A DNA stretch of 64,000 nt. Source: Octopus vulgaris. Taxonomy: Eukaryota. The first letter of the stretch is position 1; each line of letters opens with the position of its first letter. The stretch spans positions 78,802,001-78,866,000 of the forward strand of contig OX597821.1 in NCBI GenBank assembly GCA_951406725.2, read 5' to 3'. Both the position numbers and the translations under genes were made by a program. The notes under the pieces were generated by a model that ran no database searches, was not told the origin of the DNA, and was given only the letters and a program-made list of their open reading frames with translations. Of the stretch, positions 42,771-53,989 are shown piece by piece.

Positions 42771-43094
42771 GGATGGTAACGTCTGTTGAAAACCATTTCA
42801 TTCTGAAATTATTTCCAGCTTTGATAATTGTACTTACCTTGTCTCCGGTTACTGGTGAATATAAAGAAAATAATTTCAAAAGACTTTCTAAATCAAAATG
42901 CTTAACTGGCCCATTTGAAATATCTAAGGAGACATCATCTCGTACCCAATGTGCATTGCTGTGTACATCAAGCGATCGTTGTGGATATTTTAGCTATTGC
43001 AATGGCTCATGTCGCATGTATCGCCCTTTTTACCACAAAGATCTTAGTGATGAAAGCTGCGACTGTTCATCGTATATTTTGCTCGACGGAAACA
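42771..43094 (+). CDS. Gene B exon 1: signal peptide + PAN/Apple-like 8-Cys module
   Basis: ttttcag|, ATG at 42773, hydrophobic leader ending VTG-EY, same 8-Cys spacing as gene A, phase-1 donor A|gtatgt. Confidence 0.9.
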
Positions 43095-43537
43095 GTATGT
43101 AAATCATATTTGTCTTGTATTCCTTTGTAATTTCATTAGCATAATGTACTGTGGTGGAATATATATATATATAACTTACATATGTGTGTTTGTAAGTGTA
43201 AGTATGTACGTGAAAATATGTCTAATATATAAATTACAATGAAAAATGTATGTTAATATTCTTAAGATATTACAACTGCAAAAGTATAGAACAAGGTTTA
43301 CATAGCAGAATTTATCTAATTCGTCACCTCTAAAGGAAACTAAATAGTACTTCAAAGAAAATTCTACTCTACTTAAAATATTGCAGCTGAGAATAGCATT
43401 TAAAAAATGTACATTTAAGTGTAGGTATATGTATTTAGGTATATTTATGTATACTTATGTATATGTATGTTTATGTAAAAGTATGTATATATGTGTGTGT
43501 ATTTATATTTATAACTTAACCTTATGTACTTTCTAAA

Positions 43538-43661
43538 ATCTCTGACGAAGCCTAGAGAAACATCCAAGTACTTCACTTTCATCTACTAATTACTTCAGTC
43601 CACTGGAGAGATAAAGGTAGAATGAGGTATTTTTGCCTCTTGGCTGAAACAGCTGTAAGAT
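43538..43661 (+). ncRNA. Type-I hammerhead ribozyme with long stem II insertion
   Basis: atct CTGACGA agcctagag...ctcttggct GAAA cagctg TA agat; predicted cut after 43657. Confidence 0.82.
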
Positions 43662-43692
43662 ATTATCACAATTTCTATTCATGTATCTTATA

Positions 43693-43748
<56 letters not shown>

Positions 43749-44099
43749 ACATATGTGTGTTTGTAAGTGTAAGTACGTACGTGAAAATATGTCTAATATA
43801 TAAATTACAATGAAAAATGTATGTTAATATTCTTAAGATATTACAACTGGAAAAGTATAGAACAAGGTTTACATAGCAGAATTTATCTAATTCGTCACCT
43901 CTAAAGGAAGCTAAAGAGTACTTCAAATGAAAATTCTACTCTACTTAAAATATTGCAGCTGAGAATAGCATTTAAAAAATTTACATTTAAGTGTAGGTAT
44001 ATGTATTTAGTTATATTTATGTATATGTATGCTTATATAAAGGTATGTATATGTGTGTGTGTATTTATATTTATAACTTAACCTTATGTACTTTCTAAA

Positions 44100-44223
44100 A
44101 TCTCTGACGAAGCCTAGAGAAACACCAAAGTACCTCAATTTCATCTACTAATTAATTCAGTCCACTGGAGGGATAAAGGTAGAATGAGGTATTTTTGCCT
44201 CTTGGCTGAAACAGCTGTAAGAT
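44100..44223 (+). ncRNA. Second tandem hammerhead ribozyme
   Basis: Identical core and stems; predicted cut after 44219. Confidence 0.82.
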
Positions 44224-44439
44224 ATTATCCCAAATTCTATTGGTATATGTTATATATTTTAATAATTATTGATATTTTTATGTTTTATATGTTATATATG
44301 TAAAGCATAATATGTTATACATGTATATATATTGTTATAATTTTCCTTTTAGTAAATAAATAAATAAATTGACGTAATATAATGTCTAAAATGAATGAAT
44401 ACGACCTATTGATCCCTCCATTTTCTTATTGCTCTCTTG

Positions 44440-44515
<76 letters not shown>

Positions 44516-44532
44516 GTCTGCATATATGTGTG

Positions 44533-44575
<43 letters not shown>

Positions 44576-44859
44576 ATAATAATATAGGGTGAAATTAATT
44601 AATTTGGAATAATCATTAATTTCACCAAGTAGATTTCGGCATGTAAAAGCCCCATTCAAGGAAGGTTTAAGTAATACTAAGTAATTAAGGGTTTAGCAAC
44701 GATTTGCCTCACCACACACCGAATTTAGAAATAGCAGTCAAAGAGTTATGGCAATTCTTTCTACTTAAAAGGGAGATCCCAGTAAAACCACAGCACTTAA
44801 AAGGCAAACAACGCAGGCAAAAGAGAAAGAAATGACGACAATCATTCTATATTAAGTCA

Positions 44860-44950
44860 CCTACGAACGTACGTTTCGAAATTAAGTCATAGGAAAGCAT
44901 AAAAATTAAATAATTACGTCTTACCCGACTATTTTTCTCCTCAGCGTAGG
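44860..44950 (-). ncRNA. Type-I hammerhead ribozyme
   Basis: rc: cctacg CTGAGGA gaaa...tttc GAAA cgtacg TT cgtagg (6-bp stem I, palindromic stem III). Confidence 0.87.
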
Positions 44951-45182
44951 ACTCTTCAATTATAAATAATTGCGTCTCAATTATTAATAATTGTGTATTA
45001 AATTTGGAGGCACTAGAAGACATCACCTCAACTCATGGTATCAGAGCGAGCGTAAGCCATTACCAGTACCACCAAATTCAAAGGGTGAATCAAAGTATGT
45101 CACCATCCTCCTCCCACCAGCGTGCTGCCAGAATAAGATGTTGCGGTTATCTACTGGGATGAGTGTGTGTGTGTGTGTGTGT

Positions 45183-45335
45183 GAGGAGGCGCGTGGTTTA
45201 GTGGTTAGTGTGTCAGCATCATGATCGTAAGATTGTGGTTTCGATTCCTGGACAGGGCGACTTATTGTGTTCTTGAGCAAAACACTTCCTTTCATGTTGG
45301 TCCAGTCCACTCAGCTGGCACAAATGAGTAACGCT

Positions 45336-45398
<63 letters not shown>

Positions 45399-45687
45399 AA
45401 TAGATAAATATATATATATATATATCATAAATAGATAAATAAATACGCCCCATTAAAGCCTAGCCAGGCTCATGGACCAGGTTTCCCGTTTTCTATAGCG
45501 TATGTGTTCCCCAGCTGGACAGGACGCCAGTCCATCGCAGCGTTACTCATTTGTGCCAGCTGAGTGGACTGGACCAACGTGAAAGGAAGTGTTTTGCTCA
45601 AGAACACAATGCGTCGCCCTGTCCAGGAATCGAAACCACAATCTTACGATCATGATGCTGACACACTAACCACTAAGCCACGCGCCT

Positions 45688-45692
<5 letters not shown>
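45183..45692. mobile_element. Inverted pair of near-identical tRNA-derived SINE copies around (TA)n
   Basis: 45183-45337 (+) is the reverse complement of 45537-45692. Confidence 0.88.
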
Positions 45693-45743
<51 letters not shown>

Positions 45744-46527
45744 ACTGTATCTTCGTTTCAGTCATCGGAAAAATCGACGAACAGGGGTGCAGCTCTGCAA
45801 AACAAAGATGCATCAAGTGTCAGTACGACGCCAGCCGACGACACTGGTCGGTATGCTAATGCCTACGCGCGGTACCAAGTGTTTTCTAGCGGCGGAAAGC
45901 TTGATCTACAACTGGTTAGTCCCACAAATAACGTTTCCAGTTACATTTGGATATCCCGGGTATGTCATTATTCAGTTTTATTTCAAGATTTCTTGCCAAT
46001 AGAGAAGAACCATTTTCTAACCTAGATGAAAGATATATGTAGGTATGTATGTATGTATATATGCATTTATGTATGTATGTATGTATGTATGTATGTATGT
46101 ATGTATGTATGTATGTATGTATGTATGTATACTATCTGCAGATAATGGAATACCGATTAGATATACAACCATATAGTGTCAGCAACAAACAAGTTCAAAA
46201 CACGATACAATCATCTGAAAATTACTTTTCTTAATCTAAACCGAAAAATGATACCTTACTATCTTCGCATCTATGAACGCTAATGTTAAATGTACCCAAT
46301 TTGGTATTAAATAAAAGAATTGTCCCATATTGCTAAGTACCTAGGAAACAAAAGTCTCTACCAGCTCTGTAGCGATGAATCGTATAATATATTATTCATT
46401 TGATCACGAATACAGAACTCCCTTCCTACAAGTATAAAATCTTCAAAAGTGTAAGAATTAAAACATATATTTTTTTGTTTTTTACAAAGGTTAAACAATG
46501 ACAATATTTCATACACTTCACCTAACA

Positions 46528-47950
46528 CTTCCTCTTCTCTGATGCCATGTCCTGAACGTGCATGGAAGCCGCGGGCGCGAGTCCTGGTGCAGCCGACCGC
46601 GGGTGCAGATCTCGGTGGTAGTAGCAAATATTCGAACGAGACCTTCGAAGACCGAAGTGGAGAAGGGTTCCGTGCCAACGGCGGTCGAGCACGGTTCAGT
46701 CGGTCCTAAGAAGCGGGCGAAAGCTTCCACGAAAGGCGCCGGATCCGTCGTCGCGAACGTAGCAGTCGAAAGAAAACTAAGCAGCCGGCCTCGCATCGAA
46801 AGGGGATCGGGTTAATATTCCCGAACCCAAACTCGGAGAGTGCCTGTCCGTCGGCGGGAACGCAGCGTGCTCCTAGCAGCGCGTCCGTCGTCGAAGCCGG
46901 CGGCCGGGCGAAGCAGCGGCAACGCAAGCGAGCCCGGAGACGTTACCGGGAGCCCCAGGAAAAGTTCTCTTTTCTTCGTAAAGGACCGTGTCCATGGAAT
47001 CGGCTGGTCCGGAGATACGGATATGGTACCTGTAGAGCGCCGCGTCTCGGGTAGCGTCCGATGCGCTCTCGGCGGCCCTGGAAAATCCGGGTCCGTAACG
47101 AATCGCAGCTCTCGAGTCGGTCCGTACCCACCATCCGCAGCAGGTCTCCAAGGTGTACAGCCTCTCGTCGATAGCGCCAATGTAGGTGAAGGAAGTCGGC
47201 AAAATGGATCCGTACCTTCGGAAGAAGGATTGGCTCCAAGGACCGGGTCGGTCGGGCCGTGTGTGTCGCAGCGCTCCCGCACAGCCGCGTCGCCTTTCAC
47301 TCGGCATCACGCTGCCGGGCGCCGGAACACGTCTTCACATAAACGATTGTGTCCTTCCATAATTATATTTTTTGCTTTCTGAAAGAGTTCTACTTCATGA
47401 TATTTAATGCCGCTGTTTTTTAACCTGTTCATCATCCTTCTGCTCCCCTGCTTCTTTTCCCTTCAATCTTCTCGGTCATCCCTAAATTCTTCAGGCCCTC
47501 TTTCCGCATCACATGAGCTAGAAATCTGTTACATGACCTATATCTAAATTTCCTAATTTCCACAGCCAGGGCCATCACACCCTTAGGCACTTTGTATGTC
47601 CATGCTATCCTCACTATTTTCCTTCAGTACCACATTTCACAGCTCTCCAAGCACATTCTCATTTCTACTGTTATAGGTCCTGCTTCACTTCCATATATTA
47701 ACACAGGCTAGACACAGTTCAATGTACGCATCCTGGACCTGCTGTTCAGAGTACAGTTTCTCAAGATGTTATACAATTTTGAGAATGCATATTTTACCAG
47801 CACTGTTCGTCTTTCGATCTCATTCATACATCTTGTATCTTCTGTTATCGAAGTCCCAAAGTGATTTAACGATGAGCCGCCATATACTTTGTCTTCTTGC
47901 AATTTATCAACTGGCCCTTCCTCTCACTTCCCGACTACAACAACCTGAGA
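46528..47950 (-). mobile_element. RTE-like LINE 3' remnant, interrupted by the rDNA insert
   Basis: ITEDTRCMNEIERR..AF, MRIAWT, FLAHVMRKEGL..KIEGKRSRG. The terminal W..TI..V/GHGI segment is split across 47333+ and 46528-46559. Confidence 0.8.
46560..47328 (+). pseudogene. 28S rRNA gene fragment (central LSU region, about D6-D8)
   Basis: Conserved cores gtgcagatctcggtggtagtagcaaatattc, gaagtggagaagggttcc, cgggttaatattcccgaacc, ccgcagcaggtctccaaggtg, ggaagtcggcaaaatggatccgta; GC-rich island. Confidence 0.95.
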
Positions 47951-48119
47951 TCTCCGAAGTTACCTATCTAATTCTGCTAATAAGACTGTGTGAACTGTAT
48001 ATTTTATTTATGTGATATTTCTGTCTCCAGGCCAAATGTCACCAGCTCTCTTAAATAACTATAGCGAATTATGTATACCACCACAGCTAAAACATTCAAT
48101 TTATTTACAATTTATGCAG

Positions 48120-48211
48120 GCAAAAACTGGCAGAAAGTATTTGAGATAAACAAAATGTCTTTTGAAAGAAGTCCTATTTATAAATACTGGGAGAATTTGC
48201 CAATTGAAAAG
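48120..48211 (+). CDS. Gene B exon 2 (SKNWQKVFEINKMSFERSPIYKYWENLPIEK)
   Basis: tatgcag| and |gtaata; 92 nt; phase 1 to 0. Confidence 0.9.
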
Positions 48212-48492
48212 GTAATAATGCATTTTCCAATTTCAAAACGATTGCCATTTGATAAAGAGTATTACATAGTTGTCAGTCTGTTATGATGTGGACGACGTTA
48301 TTTTTATCTTTCATTTTTGTCACTAATGTCACTAATGTCATTCATTTTCTTGATATTGTTGATGTTGTTGTTACTGTTTAAAACATGTTGTCAAATATGT
48401 GCCACTTTTGCTCCAGCCTTATTTTCATATATGCCACTCTCTATCAGTTGTTTCAGCCCTGATACAGTGATACAAAAGCACACACGCGCGCG

Positions 48493-48592
<100 letters not shown>

Positions 48593-49267
48593 CATATACA
48601 CACACACATAAATATTTATGTTTGGCTATTTCTTTTAGCAAGAAAACTCAAAGACAGCTACCAGTTAATGCCTACACACTAAAAACTTAAACTAACGAGA
48701 GAACCTCTATGTAAGCGTTTGATTTGCTGGAAATGACAGCCAAATCTACTACAAATTAGAAATGACCTAACTACTGGTTATTGATTGCTGAGAAGCAATA
48801 TCTTGAGAAACTACAGACAGGAACATTTTCCATCTTATGTCACCACCCACGATGAATAGTTAGGGTTAAAGGAAAACAACAATGTATGTGAGGTGAAATC
48901 GTTAGACCGTGGGACAAATGTCATCCGGTATTTCTTCCGGTATTTTATGTTCTGGGTTCAAATACAGCCCGTGTCATCCAACTTTATCATTCTTCCTCCT
49001 ACAGTCAATATAATAAAGTACCAGTCAAGTACTGATGTCGAATATATTGACTAACGGCGAAGGGTAGTGAATTGGCAAGTTTGCTAAAAAATGTTTAGCA
49101 ATATTTGTTCCGGCTTTACGGAGATCGGCTTTGATTTTAATCCTTTCGGGGTCAATGAAATAGGTTGAGCACCTAGGTCGATGTTATCGACTAGTCATTT
49201 CACCCGAAATTTCTACTAATAGTAGAAATGTATTATATTATTATTATTATTATTCTTATTCTTATTC

Positions 49268-49352
<85 letters not shown>

Positions 49353-49354
49353 TA

Positions 49355-50668
49355 CTATATGTTTGACTTTTGATTTACGTTTGCACAAGCTGGCTCCAAG
49401 TCTCACACACAGACCTCAAGAGACAACAAGTTGGAAGTTCATGTTGGTGTTATGCCCCGGGTGCCATATATTTGGTTTTGTACTTAGAGTTGTACTAGTG
49501 AATGTCTAAAAATACATACGAAAATTATGTTTGTTTTAAAACTTGAGATTACATAGAAAGTATTTTGCGTAGGATATGAGCAGTTCCCATGAGCACTGTA
49601 TTTTGAATTTCTTCCATTTTGGGGTTTCCTGCTATCTGAGTTAGGTAGCAATCAGCCCCTTTTGCTATCATTCTCAGGGCATCTATGACAACAGGTATTG
49701 TTTTAGTCTTCAGGTTCCACATTTTGCTGATTTCTATTTCAAAATCTTTATATTTGCTCAGTTTTTGGTAGGTCTTGGCAGATACGTTCATATCGATTGG
49801 GACAGTCATATCAATGAGGAGGCAGGATTTTTGTCTGAAGTATTTCAATATGATGTCTGGCCTATTTGCATCTATCTTTCTGTTAGTTTGTATGGGGAAG
49901 TTCCAGAGGAGTGAGATGTGGTCATTTTCAAGCACTGGAGGTGGTTTGTGTTCCCACCAGTGTTTATCATGGGGCAAGTCCAGGCTTTTGCAAATTACCC
50001 AGTGAATATATTGTGCAGCTCCATCATGCCTGCTGAGATACTCTGTAGGCGCAAGAAGACTGCACTTGGAGAAAACATGATCAATGGTTTCATTTTGTTG
50101 TTGACATACACAAGATGGTGGGCTACTGCCGTTCTTTAATATGTTGGCCTGGTAGTTTCTTGTAGGTAGGCATTGATCTTGAGCTGCTATGATAAACCCT
50201 TCTCTTTCAGATTTTAAGCCATTGATGGGTCAGGGCTTTGTCAACATCGGCATTATTCGCTCTCTTTGGGTATTTGCCATTGAGAGGTTTTTTCATGCCA
50301 TTTATCATTCAGAACATCTAATGCAGTAGTTTTAGCACGGATTTCCATGCGCTTAGCTTCTTCTGTGCTTGTTTCTTGTGTGTCTAATTCCGAAATTTGT
50401 TGTATTCGGAATTCACTTAGATATTCCTTTGCCTGTTTTGTTACTGAGTATGATGCTTTCTTGCTTTCATGTTTTGAGATAAGTTTTAACATCAAGTCCT
50501 CAGAGTTTTTCAGGTAGGTGTCTAGGCCAATTGTAGCAATCTTCATTGTTATTGCCAGTTGTAAAAGTCCATGGCCTCCCTCTTTTCTTGGCAGATAAAG
50601 TCGTTCTATATCTGCCTTAAGGTGGTGCATTCTATGCATTGTCGACAGTTTCGTATTTTTGTCTGACA
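49355..50668 (-). mobile_element. R4/Dong-like RLE LINE (second family), 5'-truncated
   Basis: ORFs 50253-50669 and 49549-49977 (NRPDII..LIDMTVP..K); abuts (TTA)n; homologous to 59340-60610. Confidence 0.9.
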
Positions 50669-50711
50669 TTTTTTTTTTCGTATTTTTATTATTATTATTA
50701 TTATTATTATT

Positions 50712-51322
50712 CAGTAGTTTTATTTTTATAGCGTGTTTTCACTTCCTTTCCTATCTCTGAGCGCAGCTCTGTGTGCCTTGGGTATGTGCTGTGATTTGTT
50801 GTGATGCTCTGATGGTTACGTTAGATGTCATTTTCCTTTGATGGTACCTTTGCACATTTATCGAGCCAATTGCATTCTGATGTCGTCACTGAATTGTTTG
50901 ACTATCGCTAGTAAGCCCTTGAGTTGTTGGTCATTTTTTGCAAAACGCTTTAAATCATCCATGTAAATGAGATGATTTATATTTTTATCAAACATTTTTT
51001 TATTATTATTATTTGTCTGAATATTTTTTTATCATGCCTAATACCTACTATGATAGGAATTGTTTCTGTTTTCAGATTCCACATTCTATTACCTCTATTT
51101 CCAGGTCTTTGTATTTTGAGAGTTTCTCCATTTCTTTTAGAGACACGTTGTCATCTGCCGGTATTGATACATCAATTAGAAAGCATGTTTTTTCTTCATG
51201 ATCTCTGACAACTATATCTGGTCTGTTTGCCCCAATTTCTCTATCTGTGTGTATCGGCATATCCCAGAGTATGGTTGCTTTCTCGTTTTCTGTGACCTTT
51301 TCTGGTGTGTGCCTATACCATT
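50712..51322 (-). mobile_element. Mosaic of RLE LINE fragments (second and third families)
   Basis: 50712-50820 matches the 3' UTR at 62630-62730; 50830-51000 the YMDD region; 51010-51322 the RLE region. Confidence 0.8.
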
Positions 51323-51589
51323 ATCATTATTATTATTATTATTATTAACATCACCATCATCCTTATCATATTGATAACTAGGATAACACACTAATCGCTG
51401 GTACTTTCCTGGAGGTAGCCCTGTCCGATATGGAGAAAACGTGTCGGGAGAAACTCTATAAGGCGTATACAGCGCAAGCTATGGACGCATAAGAGGGGGA
51501 GCTGTGTCATTGGACGACAAACGGAGCAAGTAGTCTTTACATGTGACAGATGTAAAAGTATATTAAACACCAGGAATGTACAAAAATAG

Positions 51590-52340
51590 ACTCCCTCGTA
51601 TGCCAGGAATGTTCCCTAGAAGGAGTAGGCAGTTTCCATTACTCAAGTGACAAAATAAGTAGTGGGTGGGCTTGCTCTGAAATCATAGCTGCTAGAATAA
51701 GAATAAGCTGAGCAAAGTTCAAAGAACTACTACCTCTGTTAGCCACAAAGGGGCTCTCCCTCAGAGATTCAGGCAGATTGTACGATGCCAACGTACAGAC
51801 AGCTATGTTATATGGCAGTAAGTCATGGGCTGGTACTACTGAGGGTATGCGAAGAACTGAAAGAAATGATGCTAATGTGCTTCGCAGGATGCGTAATGTT
51901 AGTATGTATATACGACAGATTGTGTTTTGAGAGAGAAACTAGGTATAGAGAGCAACAAATGTAGTGCGCAGGAGAGAAGACTGTATCGCTATAGCCATGT
52001 AATAGGTATGAATGAGGAGTGTTGCATCAAGAGGTGCCGATCTCTAATTGTAGAGGGCTAGATCCAAGAAGACGTGGGACGAAGTGGTGGGAAAGGATCT
52101 ACAAACGTTGGGAGTCACAGAGAGGATGGCAGGGGAACCGAGACTTCTGGTGGTTTACTGCACTTGAAAAGACACTTGAAGCTAAGTAAAAACTTGGTTG
52201 CACTTGCGTACAGGCCCGTCCATTGCAACCCTCTCCAAGAAAGCATTTGTAATGTTGCTGGCTCGAAAGTGCTGGTGCAACGTAAAAAGTACCTGCTCCG
52301 ATGCTGCGTAACAGGACTCATTGGTTAGCGTAAGGAACGG
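51590..52340 (+). mobile_element. RTE-like LINE 3' remnant
   Basis: Degenerate AKFKELLPLL..GLSLR..GRLYDA.V.TAMLYGS.SW. Confidence 0.7.
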
Positions 52341-52453
52341 AATAAGGACATCCAGCAGTAGAAAGCTTGCCAAAATAGACATGGATCTTGAATAGCCCTT
52401 CATATATATATATATATATATATTTGCATACATACATACATACATACATACAT

Positions 52454-52527
<74 letters not shown>

Positions 52528-52829
52528 GAAATATGTTACAAAAAGAAAATATAAAATACACGTGGAAATGTAAGGGGAAAATATGAAAAATCAACGAAAA
52601 TGCACATTGTAAATAAAAAAGAAAAGGCTTTTTATGACAGGTAACGACACATATATACATTTAGATGGACTGAGGTAGTAATAAAAGTCATAAAAGTCGT
52701 TATTATGAGATGATTAAAAAGTCAGGAAACAAAGCATACAATGGTTTCGGCAAAGCTATTCATTGCTTTGAATAAACACTGGTTAATACACGGTGTCAGG
52801 TCTAATGGATCCTGAGAAAAAAGATTATT

Positions 52830-53985
52830 TGTAAGGGAGGTAAGTAGTTCTGGATTTAAATATTGAATTGTAATGTGAATGGTGTAGGTAGTATATAGGA
52901 GTTAGTGGTTTTAATTAGAGGTGTTCTGTATTAGTTGTGAGCTCATATTTAGTTGTGGGAGATATTTATTGATGAAAAATGCCTTTTTATTCAACCTTTG
53001 TTGCATTGTGGTGTTTTGTGAACATTGATAGAAGGGAAAGATTTGGAAATTAGGATTAAGATTCCTGGCATACCTTTCTATGTGTTCACTAACCTGTAAC
53101 TGTCTGTATTGTGGGTGGCGGATTTGCTGTTTGTGAATGGTGGTTCTTCGACGGAGTGAAATTCCTATTCGTCCAATATAGCGGTTACCACATCCTAAGC
53201 ATGTCATGACGTAGACTAGATTTTCTGAGGCGCAGGTGAAATTTGATTTGATCTTAAATATTTCTCCTTGTTTGAAGTGAAATTCTGAACCCTTCAAAAG
53301 GTGAGTGCATGTTCCACAGTTAGTACGACCACATTTTTTCACTTTTGGCTCTGTTGTTAGTGGATATAGACTTGCGCTGGTTAATATTTTTTTCAGTGAC
53401 TTCGGTTGCTTTTTATAATTTTGTATGAGCTTAAAATTTCGTCCATTGTTTTGTCTGCTGTGAGGATGGGAAGATTTTGGGTGATAATGTTGAAGGCTTC
53501 GTTGTTTCTAGGGTTATGTGTGGAAATGTACGGGAGTATTTTTAAGTCTGGTTTAGTATTTCGGCTGGTTTGCCTTAACATTTGTATATCTATTTCCTTA
53601 GCTCTTTTAATACCTCCATTTATTAATGAGATTGGGTAATATCTTTTAGTTTGTGTTGATCTAAGTTCAAGGAGTCTTTGTTCACGAGTATATGTATCCG
53701 AAACTATGGTACAGATTCTTTTCGCTAGATTGAAGGGTATATTAATTTTTACGTGTTTGGGGTGGCAAGAGTTAAATAATAGGTATTGTTTTGAATCTGT
53801 GGGTTTATAAAAGATGTCTGTTTCTATGTGGTTGTTAACTATTTTAATTAAGATGTCTAGAAATGACAGATGTTTACTGTTGTGTTCCATAGTGAATTCT
53901 ATATTGCTATGTATTTTGTTAAGCATTATTTTGAAATCAAGGAGTTTATCCATGCTGTCTTTCCAAAGTATGAACATATCCCCCA
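52830..53985 (-). mobile_element. Penelope-like element (Neptune-type), 3' part: RT C-terminus + GIY-YIG
   Basis: SFLDIL..YKPTD..SCHPKH..IPFNLA.RIC; KCGRTNCGTC..C.SENLVYVMTCLGC..YIG. Confidence 0.92.
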
Positions 53986-53989
53986 CAGA

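Larger units (their letters stand above)
43171..44245 (+). repeat. Tandem ~560-bp duplication, each unit carrying a hammerhead
   Basis: 43171-43680 aligns to 43742-44243. Confidence 0.92.

Noticed and set aside
46518-47382. Overlapping GC-rich ORFs on both strands
   Set aside because: Shadow ORFs of the 28S rDNA fragment
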